DNA from: Eledone cirrhosa
Lineage: Eukaryota
Assembly: GCA_964016885.1 (NCBI GenBank)
Contig: OZ024740.1
Span: 240,684,001 to 240,748,000, forward strand
Length of the DNA: 64,000 nucleotides
Reading direction: 5' to 3'
A model generated the notes under the pieces. That model had not been told where the DNA came from. It ran no database searches and saw nothing but the letters and a program-made list of their open reading frames with translations. A program made the position numbers and the translations under genes. Every line of letters begins with the position of its first letter. The first letter of the stretch is position 1. Shown one piece after another: positions 37,968-50,063 of the stretch.

Positions 37968-38646
37968 GTTTGTATCTCTTTATATATCAAATTGTTAGTC
38001 CAATAAAAAATATCTGTTTGTATGTTGAGTTAGGCACTTTATGATTTCATAGAAATTATACTTAATTTGTAAGGATTGAGCCCTTTTGGCGCCATGCAGT
38101 TGTACAGAAGACCCGACTGCCATTGCACACAAACCTACAGGCAGTAGGCACTCTTAACTCAATGTACACTCCCCAACTCCCGTTCCGTCCACTGTGTCGA
38201 TGGCACAAGTCCACACTAAGGTGGCCATGTAGGAGACACGGTGAAAAGGCTCCCAGTCCACACTGTAATTATGGTTGGTGTTAGGAAGGGCATCCAGCTG
38301 TAAAAAAAACCTGCCAGAGACGCTTCTGTGCGAGCGAGACATGGTCTCCTGATCAGTCCCGCATCAAATGGAACAAAACCGTCTAACCCATGCTAGCGTG
38401 GAAGATGGACATTTAACGATAATGATGATGATGATGATGATGATGTAGAAGAGTTGAAATATTGAACTTGATCTGAAGTTTAAAATTGATCATTATGTTT
38501 TGGTCCTAGGCAAGTTATCTAAGCTTGCCTCCCTCATTCTGCCTGACTTACAAACTAATTTTAATCATATTTTATGATTGAAAAGTGATCTGAAGGAAGG
38601 GCATGCACCTTCAAAATAATATTTCAGTGAAATTGATAAATAGATT

Positions 38647-38864
38647 TAACCTTTTTGGTGACCTTATTTCTAATGAAGTATACTCTATTTCAGTTAAATA
38701 ATGAAGAATTTTAAGGGATTTACTAAAATTATTATTTCATTACAATGGTTCTTATATAAAATTATGTTGGAAGATTTTAATTTAATTAGGAAACTTTTGA
38801 AATGAGTGGTTTTGTTTCATAGAACCAGAACTGGTTTTGGTTGGGCTGGTATCAAAAGAGTTAA
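38647..38864. mobile_element. Second TTAA-type MITE family (also ~40197-40420, ~42104-42357)
   Basis: TTAACCyTTT...AAAGrGTTAA ends; shared internal sequence among three copies. Confidence 0.7.
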
Positions 38865-39070
38865 AGCAACCAAAAATAAAAATAAACAATAACAAAATAT
38901 AATTTAAATTATATTAATTAAGGAAAACTATAAAAATCATTTGTAGAAAAACTTATTTGCTCCAATGTCTACAAAATAAATGAGCTTAATTATTTACTGA
39001 AATGATATTTTTTCAGTTTACTCTGAAATTGAAACACTGTCAGTGTCAATATCTATTTATTCAACACGTT

Positions 39071-39818
39071 ATAATAATAATGAAATTATTGTGTAAAGTG
39101 CTTAGGTGCACTACAACTCGTCAAAGGTGCATGTATAGTACATAGAATAATATACAAATGTCAGGGAAGTGAATAGTGTATGAGTCATGATATACATGTG
39201 TGTATGTGTATGGAGGGGGAATATTAGGTATAGTGTTGGCGAATCTCAGGAAGCATGGACGTTTTAAAGGATGCAGTGTCTCGACAGCTAACAACTGATG
39301 CAGGTAGTTTGTTCCATGCTTCAGCTACTCTGAGAGTGAAAAAATGTTTCCGAAAGTCATGGGAACTCTGCTGTTTTCTAACCTTGTGGGCATGCCCACG
39401 TGTGTTAGACACATGGAAATCAAAAAGGTACTCAGGGTTGTTGTTGGCAAGATGGTTAATAATCTTGTGGGTGTTTACCAAGTCAGTTGCCAGACATCAG
39501 AGCTTCAATATATCCATGCCCAGGGAAGCAAGGTGCTCAGAGTATGGTAGATGCCTGATGGAGGGTATTCGCTTGGTTGCACGTCTCTGAACAGTTTCCA
39601 GGCAGTCAATGTTCTGAGCAAGATAGGGGTTTTAGACTGGTGATGCAAATTCTAAGTGGCCGCACCATAGCTATGTACAGCTTTAAATAGATAACTGGAG
39701 AGCGGCTGACAAAGGTCTTGCTGAGTGATGCTAAGACACCCTCGGCCTTCTTGACAATTTTAGAGATGTCTTCATCCAACGCAAATCCCTGCTGACCGTA
39801 ATGCCCAGGTCACGTTCA
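39071..39818 (-). mobile_element. Second, shorter copy of the same CR1-group LINE 3' end
   Basis: Near-identical to ~5938-6680, including the 3' UTR and (ATT)n tail. Confidence 0.92.
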
Positions 39819-40596
39819 TTTAAACATTTGTTCATTCCCTATCCTTTATGTGCAGTTAGGAATTTTAAGGTGAAACAGGATTTGTTTTCCTGTAAAATTA
39901 TGAAAGCAATATCAATCACCCTAACCAACTGTGCTAGAATATTTTATAATGTTAGAAAAACTATTAATTTAATTTTTGTAAAATATATACAGTAGTGACT
40001 TTACATTTTCACTTATATATATATCACTAATATTAGGTATCTTCTGCTCTTAGCAGGTTGAATATCATGGCATGATTTGTGTACATGGGGAAGGGGCATT
40101 AATCCTTTCCATGGTGGTTGGTAGAAAGAGTTGAAACAAATACTACAAAACTTATCACCTGTCCAACATTTAGATGATTCTGCCAATTCACTGCCCTAAC
40201 CCTTTAGTTACTAAACTCGCCCAAACCAGTTCTGGTTCTATGAAATAAAACCATCCAATTTAAATTAAAATCTTCCAACATAATTTGATATAAGAACTGT
40301 AGATTAAGTTACTATGTTAGTAATGAAATAATTAATAATTTTAGTAAATCCCTCAAAATTCTTCATTAATTAATTAAAAGAGAGTGTTTTTCATTAGAAA
40401 TGCAGTCATGAAAGGGTTATACTGGTATTCAGTGAAGGGCAAAAAAGTTGATCTTGGCAGGATTTGAAATCAGGATACAAAAGGTCAATATATTCCACAA
40501 GGCTTTTTGTCCAACTTTTATGCCATTTTGTTGTCTTTTAAGTATGTCCATTGTAATCTTCCATTTTCCTGAAATAATAATATGCTTATATTTCAG

Positions 40597-40669
40597 ATTT
40601 TGAAATTTTACTTGACTCTGACCAACTTCCACTTTCACTTGGAACTCCATCTCAAGATATTTATTCAAG
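40597..40669 (+). CDS. FASTKD3: FASTKD3-like exon 4
   Basis: cag/gtaata bounded; DFEILLDSDQLPLSLGTPSQDIYSR; phase 1 to 2 bridges the neighbours exactly. Confidence 0.85.
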
Positions 40670-41959
40670 GTAATAGTTTCTTTATTTTTTCTGCTTCTGC
40701 TTATTCTTGAAACGGTCATAGGGGCAGAGTCCTCAAACATTTCTTTAGGTGAGTCCTGTCAGAAGCAACCATCTCTAGTTGATCTGGCTGTATCCTCTGG
40801 ATATGCAATCTTTGTGCATCCATCCCATGATTTACAGCCTGAAATGGAGACTGCTATATATTTTTGAGGGATTTACTAGTGATTGTATTGCTATCTGCCA
40901 ACTACAACCCGTTCTCTAGCAGAACAACTCCGTTCTAATTTAAATGTTGTGTATAATCAAACAAGGGTATGAAACAGAGTAATTCATGACAATATGTTAT
41001 TAAACAAAGTATAGTACTGTAAAGCCTCAGTTAATCGAAGCGAAGTACATTTTAGAAAAGGCAAAACACATATTTGAGAAATTTAAACACACCCAAATAT
41101 GCTAATAGATGAAAAATTGTTAAAGAGAAACTGAAAGATTTTAGGCAATGCCTCAGCATCGCCACTGCCAAATGCCTGAATTAATAAAAGAATAATGGTG
41201 TTTTGATTTTTTTTTAGTTTTTGCTCTTTATAGGTTGTATGTCATATTTATATAAGGTGGCAAATTGGCAGTCATTAGAATGTCAGATAGAATTTTTGTA
41301 GTATTTGTTTCGGCTCTCTGAGTTGAAATCCCGCTGAGGCCAACTTTGCTTTTCATCCTTTTGAGATTGGTAAAATAATGTACTGGTCTAGTTATAATGG
41401 GGTTGATTCTTCCTCTATATCTCTTTCAGACTTCCTCTCTATCACTCTCTGGAATAAATCTGTTGTACTCAGGCCTGGAGAGGGATGGTTCTGCCAGGTT
41501 TTAAATGCCCTAAAAATGCAATATGTCAATACAGCGCCCCATGACTCCATCAGGAGTTATGAATAAAATATATCTAAATGCTAAAGTATTGCTTTACACT
41601 ACAGTGGACAGATTTAGACAATTTTTCAGAAATGGAAATATTTCATTGTCCAAAATTTAAGATTAAATTTGTTTCCAAAATTCTTTATCTCTTAATTCCA
41701 TACTATTTATTTTTTTCCATTCCTATTCATACTTGACAACCAATATAAGTAGGTTTTTCACACATTTAGATCATATATGCATAGGTGTGTTCATATAAGT
41801 TGAAAATTTAAAAACAACATAACTAAACAATTATAAATTGAAGTAAGAAATAAGACAAATGAAAGCATAAAGTGTAAAACTTTAAGAATTGAGTGAAGAT
41901 AAATTCAAAACATTAAGACAGATACTCAAAGTTTTCTACAAAAATTTTATCGTTTTTAG

Positions 41960-42074
41960 AATTGCTGTCATTCTACACCAACCAGAACATTATTGTGTCA
42001 ATACAAATATATTACTAGGTGAAGAAGTAATGAAAGTACGGCATCTTAAATTACTTGGTTACAAAGTTATTGAG
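41960..42074 (+). CDS. FASTKD3: FASTKD3-like exon 5 (RAP domain)
   Basis: IAVILHQPEHYCVNTNILLGEEVMKVRHLKLLGYKVIE = RAP signature (LG...MK.RHL.LLGY.V); tag/gtaaga bounded. Confidence 0.93.
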
Positions 42075-42853
42075 GTAAGAAACAAAAAATTGGTTTGTAC
42101 ATCTTAACCCTTTTGATAGCAACTCGCCCAAAGCTGCCTCTGGTTCTCTGAAACTGAACAACCCATTTTAATGAGTTCCTATTTAAATTAAAATATATTA
42201 CAAATGACCATTTTAATAATCAAATAATTATTTTAGTAAATCCCACCAAATTCTTCATTAGTTAATCCAAATACAGTGTATTTCATTATAAATATGGTAA
42301 TATCAACCCTTGTGGTTAATAAAGAAAGCATTATAAATATGGTAATAAAATGGTTAAACAATTATTTTGATTTCAATTTTTGACTATGGCTTTTGTAAGT
42401 AAATCTGGTTTTTACAAAAACACAAACTGTATTGGTAGCTACTAAGAAATGAAAGAGATTCCAGGTGATGAAAAAGTTTGATTTTCATGGGTCCATTACC
42501 TTTGTGAATGTGACAGTGAAATGAGCCAAACTTTCTCAAATCACACCCATCTCTGAAAAAAGGGAACAGCATATTTATTAAACCATGTCTGAAAAAGAAA
42601 ATGGTATGATCACAGCTAGAATGATCACATTTGTATAAAAAAGAACTTTACAAATCCCTCCATCACATAACAACATAGAGAAACGTTAATATGCAATGGA
42701 TAATAACTTTTATTTTATATTAGCTCTAATCCTGATTTACATGAGTAGATATATGTTGGTGTTCATGATTTCTTTAAAAGCCTTTGTATAATTAGTTGGA
42801 ATTAAAAACTGACACTGAGTCTTAATTGATTTTCATTTGTTTTTCAACTCTAG

Positions 42854-42973
42854 GTTCATTATGCCATGTTACAATATACCAAATCTCGACAGTTGAAGTA
42901 CTTGCTCACTCTATTGCAAACTCACATTAATAGAGATGCATTCAGCCATTTTGTGACTCAGCCATCTCCATAA
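42854..42973 (+). CDS. FASTKD3: FASTKD3-like last coding exon
   Basis: tag acceptor; VHYAMLQYTKSRQLKYLLTLLQ...SP then TAA completes the RAP domain. Spliced CDS 1935 nt, about 644 aa. Confidence 0.82.
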   Translation, partial: VHYAMLQYTKSRQLKYLLTLLQTHINRDAFSHFVTQPSP

Positions 42974-43889
42974 AATATCCCCATACAGCCAAGAACATCT
43001 GTGAATTGTTTCATTTTTTTATCGACTGTAGATTAATATAAATCATATTTTAACATTTGCCAGTAAATTATTTTCCACTTAAATAGTCTTTTTTTATTAT
43101 TTTCTCTTTTTGTTTCAATTAATAGCTGTTGTTTTACATCCATTTTTGTATGCTAACATGGGTGGGATCACTGACATCATCATAGGTCTGTTTTTCCATG
43201 CTGGCATGTGTTATAAATTTGGTTATATGCATAATGTTGGACAAATTGTACAACTTCATTCTGTCTACAACAAATCACTTTCTTTTTTATCAGAAGTAGA
43301 AACTGCTTTACAGTCAAGAAAACTGAGAGAGGTACAGGCTATATGGCTGGCCTTAGGGCACAACATAATGATTGATTTAGTAAATTTTGATCTAACGATC
43401 TGGTACCTACAGTTTAGTACTCTAACCTCACAACTATATTATAAAATTGAATACTGTGAAGCATATTAAATATGAACAGTTTAACAAAACAAAAAATAAC
43501 TTCAATTCTTTAATCCAAAAATGAATTCAGTATTTCAAATATCTATCTATATGCTATTAGAAGTATTTTATAATTTCTTCTTGTGATCAATACAATCATT
43601 ATTACTATATACCAAATCAAAATGTACTCCAAACACCAACAATAATGTCTTCAATGATCTCAGGACACCAGACCTACACAGTCTTTTACAATAAAACCCC
43701 TTCCTTGTATAGCTTTCCAAATGTCCCATGAAGAATTTTTTCTATCATACCTGTTAAACTTATTTGCAAAACATCTCATGTTTTAACCATACTGTACACA
43801 TAATGGGCTATGCTGATTACATTAAAATCATATTTTCAGTAGCTTACTAGAAAAATATGTGTACTTACTCCAAACTTGCATATCTATAT

Positions 43890-44373
43890 TCTATATATAT
43901 ATAAAACAGAGGAAGTCTGTCTGTGTCTGTGTGTGTGTGCGTGTCTATGAGTTTGAATCCCTAAAACTCGAGAAGTACCCAACCGATTTTTTTCAAACTT
44001 TACATGAGTATTACTTATGTTTCAGGGAGTGAAATTCATCTTTTTGATCTAGGACCCGCATTAGGTGAAAAACTGCGTTTTTTCAGCTTTTTAGGGTATT
44101 TTTGAGGTGCTACGTCAGACCGATTTCCTTGAAATTGTAACTATGTATTAATCAGTCTCTTCTTCATACCATGAGCAAAGAAAATCCAACTTTTTTAGGT
44201 GAAAAACTTCACTTTTTCAGCTTTTTAGAGGCGTGGCATCTAAATCGCATTCAGAGTTATTGCCCTTGGACTGCTTCATCGAGGAAAATCTTAAAGATTA
44301 TCCAGCCATCAGAGTATTCGGTTAATTTTCTTTACATATTGTCCAGGCCTGCAACGCTGGGTACCACTGCTAG
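43890..44373 (+). mobile_element. Non-autonomous Helitron-like element (internally deleted copy)
   Basis: Same family as 29271-29922; ends CTAG|T. Confidence 0.83.
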
Positions 44374-46352
44374 TATGAAATAAAGCCACGGCCCCACAAG
44401 AACAGATTAACAACTGCATAAAAAAAATTGACAGAAGCTTTGCTGATGTTTAATATGCTTCTATACTACGCTTTCACTAAATGTTTAATATCTTCTACAC
44501 AAACTACCATGTGTATTACAGTTTTTAAAGTAGGTACACCGTATCCTTGTGTGATGTAAGAGGTGATTAAAAAGGTTGGCATCAGGAAGAGATCTGCCAG
44601 TAAAACATTGTTTCAAAATATGTATCCCATCTAATCCATGCCTGTGCAGAAAAGCAGACATAAAAGTGATTGGATTTTTGAAATAAACTATTTCTGTAAT
44701 TAAAGAGTCTGTGTAGAGAATAAAGCATTTGTTTAATTTGATGTATATATGTAGCAGTAGAAGAATGTATGAAATCAACATCATCATTATCATTTTACAT
44801 CCATGTTGCATGGGCTGTACTGGCTGTCATGGTCCAAAACTAGACAAGTTGCGATTCGGGTGGGGGGGGGGGGGGGGGGGCAAATTTTGTTCATGTATTC
44901 CATTTTTGGTATAACTTCTACAGCTGGATGCCCTTCCTAACACTAATCTCTTTACAAAGTGTACTGGGTGCATTTTCACAACTATATTATAAAATTGAAT
45001 ACTGTGAAGCATATTAAATATGAACAGTTTAACAAAACAAAAAATAACTTCAATTCTTTAATCCAAAAATGAATTCAGTATTTCAAATATCTATCTATAT
45101 GCTATTAGAAGTATTTTATAATTTCTTTGAATTTATTTGAATTTTGTTCATGTATTCCATTTTTGGTATAACTTCTACAGCTGGATGCCCTTCCTAACAC
45201 TAATCTCTTTACAAAGTGTACTGGGTGCATTTTATTGTGGCTCCAGCACTACCATTAAACACAGTGTTCTGGGTGATTTTACTGTGGCAAGAGCACTACC
45301 ACTTACAGAGTGTATTGGGTGTATTTTATCATAGCACCAGCACTATCACTTTACAGGGGTGTATTGTGTGCATTTTCTTGTGGCATCAGTGCTACCAGGT
45401 GTTGATTGCATTTTATCATATCAACACTACTACTAGAGTGACCATTGTAACAACAACAGAGTGGAGGGTGGACTGTTAACAAAAAAAGAGACAGGTGGCA
45501 GAAGGAGAGCAAAAGCAGGTGGTGGATGTAAGATGTCTTTGGAGAGATGGGGCAGCGTCTGGTCATTCAGAAGACTGCAGTAGTGGTGGAAGTATATCAC
45601 AAAGTTAAAGGAAGGATTGATTTTCTTTTATATGGGCAGTATCAAACAAAGGAGAATATGGAAGGCAGTGGAAATCTGACAGGTGTCAAGCAACCCCTAG
45701 TTTGTTGACTGTGATACAGAAAATTTGAAAAAAGAAAGAGAGTGGTGGAGATTCGAATGAGATATAGTAAATAGAATGATCATGACGATAGGAGAATACG
45801 TGTGGTAGAGCAACAGTGTAATAGAATTAGCAAGAAGGTATAGGGTGCCTTGCTTGTCAGTGGCAATGTAATTTCCAGCACCATATTATGAGATCAATTT
45901 TCATTTCATTCCATGTGTTCTTAGGTCTACCTATTCCACATGCTACATGAAATTCTTTATACACCTAACATTCTCCAAACACATTACATGTCCAAACCAG
46001 TGCAGCCTTCACTGTTGTACACTACGATTGATCCTTCATACTTATCTTTCTCATCAACTTATCTATGTTCCTTTGTTCATACACACTAACATTATACATC
46101 CAGTGGAGCATGCTTATCTCTTTTCTTTTCAGCCTTCAAAACCATGGTCTTACTCATTATCAAGCAGCAATGCTATTTGTACCCAAGTATCACATAGCCT
46201 GCTTTTCACACTAAGAGAGAAATCTTTTGTTGCCTGCAGTAGTAACTTTTGCCAACCTGTTCACATTGTAGCTACAATGATGACCAGCAACAAAAAGTTC
46301 TGGTTTTGTCAAGAAAGGTTTAATTGCATGCTTATTGATGATTTCGGGTGCA

Positions 46353-46781
46353 TGTGAAGCGAAGGTGGTTAGAAGTTATCGATAGAAGAAATAAGACGAA
46401 TAGCTGGTTTACTTTTGATATAAAAGATTTACTTCACTTCATAAATGAACAAAGAATAGGTTATTAAGAGTTATAACGGTTGAAGATGTTTTTGACGTTG
46501 CTTCATTATGCTGGTGTAGTCTGTGGCTAGAGGTGAGAAGTCTGTAGACCAGGAGAGAGTAAAGGTCTGTAGATTCCAGGGGTCTAGTTAGAGGTGAATG
46601 TTTTGCATAGCTATTCTCTTGCGTACTACTCCGATCTCCCTCTTACTTGGTCTGATACAGGCTATTTATACCTATCGTTTCTGTTTCCCGCCTCGAGTGA
46701 TCGCCCACGAAAAGGAGGTAACCCAGAATTTGACCTTTCTGTGTCACCCAGGTTCAACGTGTGGACAGATTTCGCTACACA
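46353..46781 (-). mobile_element. Probable solo LTR
   Basis: TG...CA termini with 10/11-bp inverted repeat; TATAAATA (~46663-46670) and AGTAAA signals on the - strand; flanks TGCA/TGAA. Confidence 0.6.
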
Positions 46782-46784
46782 TGA

Positions 46785-47060
46785 AGGTGCGTGGCTTAGT
46801 GGTTAGGGTGTTCGACTCAGGACCATAAAGTCGTGAGTTTGATTCCCAGACTGGGCAGCGTGTTGTGTCCTTGAGCAAGACTTCATTTCATTTTGCTCCA
46901 GTCCATTTAGCTGACAATAATTCAAGGAGCCAGCCTTGTCACACACTGTCTTGTTGAATCTCCGAGAAATACGTCAAGCGTAAACGTGTCTGTGAAATGC
47001 TCAGCCTTTTACACGTTCATTTCATGAGCAGGCAGTCCCATAGGTTGAATCAACTGGAGC
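46785..47060 (+). mobile_element. tRNA-derived SINE family B (also ~12050-12235 -, ~35905-36010 -, ~60460-60560 +)
   Basis: A/B-box-like head and CORE-like TTGTGTCCTTGAGCAAGAC; repeated in the window. Confidence 0.8.
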
Positions 47061-47065
47061 ACACG

Positions 47066-47247
47066 TTGTTTCTACTTTTAGCACGAGGCCAGCAATTATT
47101 TCAGTGCATTACTGGTACTTTATTTTATCGACCCCATAAAGATGAAAGGCAAAGTTAACCTCGACGGGATTTGAACTCAGATCGTAAAGGGACCTAATTA
47201 TGCTGCAAAGCAAGGCGTCCGACCCTCTACCGATACTGCCAATTCAC
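47066..47247 (-). mobile_element. SINE family A
   Basis: Reverse complement of the family A consensus. Confidence 0.85.
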
Positions 47248-47479
47248 TAATGACTACAGAAGTATATAACCGTGTAAGCAAACACCGGTTTTTTAAAATG
47301 AAAATATTGAAGCATCCAATATGCCTTTTATACATCGGTGTAAATTTACATTATTCATTCGTATGTGTTCGTGAATCGATAATGAGAACGCTATTGTCTT
47401 AACGCTCTAAATGCAATAAGTATTGTGAATAGATGATTTATTTCTGGATTATGACGAAACAACTTTTCTGGTCAACATC

Positions 47480-47653
47480 TAAATTATCCGCCCTTAGTTA
47501 CTGTTGTCAACCGCCAGATAGGTTGAATGTGACGTAGTACACATATTGTGCAACATGCTGTTGGAAATGTGAAATAGTTAAATATAGACGAAGGAATTTG
47601 TTGAAAAGCATAACTCTGAATCTGGTCAGCTTCGTGTTTTTATTCTGCTTAGA
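47480..47653 (+). promoter_or_regulatory. Putative eIF6 proximal promoter/5' UTR
   Basis: Locally CpG-richer; CCGCCC box ~47488 and TGACGT half-CRE ~47530 upstream of the ATG. Inference only. Confidence 0.35.
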
Positions 47654-47760
47654 ATGGCTGTTCGTATTCAGTTTGAAGGAAGTAATGAAGTTGGAGTGTT
47701 TTCTAAGTTAACGAATTCTTATTGCATTGTTGCCATTGGAGGATCGGAGAATTTCTATAG
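47654..47760 (+). CDS. EIF6: eIF6 exon 1
   Basis: [36 protein letters not shown] = eIF6 N-terminus; GTATGT donor. Confidence 0.96.
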
Positions 47761-48669
47761 GTATGTCTAGTATATAGGGCTCTTTTGTATTTAGTGATTG
47801 AATGCATGGTACCAATCATTTTAATAATTTGATATCCGTTTGTTTTTGTTTTTTTCCTTTACGAACTTTTTTTTTCAGTAATCCCTGATTTAAAGCAAAA
47901 GAAGGAAATTGTTTTTGTATATATATATATATTTTTATAAATAAGTTCATAGAGTACGAAAATTATATTCATGTGTATCAGGAACTTTTCCCATCTTTTA
48001 CAGTTTGTAAGTAACATACATTTAATATGTCTAACTATTGGCCAAAAACTGTCGGTGGTTGCAAAACCACTACAAAACAAATTTCACGTGTATCTGTTTT
48101 AACAGTTAACGTTGATTTTAACAATATCAATAAACTGTTCAAATGATGCATTTTTTTGCAAATCACGCAAGTATCAAATTGATGCATTAATATTTATCCC
48201 TTCCAATTAATGCTTTATTAAACTGAATATAGCAGGCTTTGTCTAAATTTCAAATTAGCACCAAAGATTAGCTATATAAAGGTCGATCATGTTTGAATTG
48301 AAAAACCCGAAGTGATACAGAACAACTCATATTTCGCTTATTCATGTATTATCACATATATTTATTGTATTTCTAGATAATTGATTTATATTTTGGGACG
48401 ATAACTAGTAATTCTTGCAAGATATCAATTGTTAGCTTTACTATTGCACAATCACAGGCCATATACATGCTTTATCACTCACGTGGCTTCTGATATCACA
48501 CCGTTTAAGTGTTGTTATTTAGTTGGGTGGTCGTAGGTTGATCAAAATAGTTTACGTTGCTTGTTTTCAGCTCATCTCATCTTTCGCGATTGGTAAAATA
48601 ATATCAATCGTATACGGAAATTAATTTAATCGATTTCATAGATCCCTTTGAAATCGAAACCATTATTAG

Positions 48670-48986
48670 GGCGGTGGATTGGCAGTATCGGTAGAGGGTC
48701 GGATGCCATGCTTTGCAGCAAAGAGTGACGGCCCTTTATGATCTAAGTTCAAATCCCTCTCAGGTTAACTTTGCTTTTCATCCTTACGGGGTCGATAAAA
48801 TAAAGTACCAGTAATCATCATCATCATCATCATCATTTTACGTCCGCTTTTCCCTACTTGCAAGGGTGGGACGGGTCTTATTCAGCACAGCATCTCTCCA
48901 CTCGTCAGGGTCCCTCGTCATCTCCACCGTGAGCTTCAATGTACTGGGTAATTGCTGGCCTTGTGCCAAAAGTAGAAACAATTATT
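48670..48986 (+). mobile_element. SINE family A with nested RTE family 2 3' end (48814-48938, - strand)
   Basis: SINE split at TACCAGTAAT|GTACTGGG by a (CAT)n-tailed RTE fragment. Confidence 0.88.
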
Positions 48987-49288
48987 AAGCTTAGTTCATT
49001 TTACTATTCGTAATATTTTAAAGAAAGCTTATTATATTTGGACACCTTTTTTTGTCTTAATCAAATCTAAGACTACGTTTACGGATGCAACAGTTTTGCA
49101 TCCGTAAACGTAGGAGTGTTAGGATTGTTCAGGATTTTATTGGAGGTAAATGTTAATTTGTCAATTTCCAGAATTGGCAACGCCTATGCCCCTTTTAGAG
49201 CGGCCGAGACTGATGTCAAAAACGGGTAAACTTATCCTCAAACTAGAGACCCGTTTCACATATTTGCAACAGAGTATACACTGCTAAA

Positions 49289-49897
49289 GGTATTTATGGC
49301 TGGCATGTCAAACTGAGGGTCCCTCGAGGGCCACATGGGTCACGTGTTGTATGAGGGCCACACACGAGGTATTTATGGCAGGCATGTCAAACTGAGGGTC
49401 CCTCGAGGGCCACATGGGTCACGTGTTGTCTGAGGGCCACACACGAGGTATTTATGGCTGGCATGTCAAACTGAGGGTTCCCCGAGGGCCACATGGGTCA
49501 CATGTGATGTCTGAGGGTCACACACGAGGTATTTATGGCTGGCATGTCAAACTGAGGGTCCCCCGAGGGCCACATGGGTCACATGTGTTGTCTGAGGACC
49601 ACTCACGAGGTATTTATGGCTGGCATGTCAAACTGAGGGTCCCCCGAGAGTCACATGTGTTGTCTGAGGGCCACACACAAGGTATTTATGGCTGGCATGT
49701 CAAACTGAGGGTCCCCCGTGGGTCACATGTGATGTCTGAGGGCCATACACGACAACTAATTGCATACATTACAATAAATTTTACGAAGATAAAACATGCT
49801 CGCGCTGTAAAAACCTTTGTGCAGACCGCAGGTGTGCTTGTAAGGGGCTGCATGCGGCCTGCGGGACGCATGTTTGACTGACATGCCTGATCTATGG
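49289..49897. repeat. ~6-unit minisatellite (72-81 bp) derived from the left end of a hAT-type MITE
   Basis: Units contain ATTTATGG+CTGGCATGTCAAAC; right end ...ACATGCCTG followed by ATCTATGG. Confidence 0.85.
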
Positions 49898-50063
49898 GAT
49901 AGATGCTGTTAAATCCGTCGACGAATCAAATCTGTCATTCCAAAACATGAATGATCCCTCTGACAATTTTGCACACAGTTTCAGTCTACAGCACTCAGTG
50001 CAACCATGTTGTGCAGTCACACCTGCTTTCATTCATGTTTGGCCGAGAGTAATATATAGTCAA

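Noticed and set aside
49289-49752. CRISPR-like array or repeat protein (ORF 49414-49881)
   Set aside because: Units are contiguous with no unique spacers, unit lengths are not all multiples of 3, and they derive from a MITE end.
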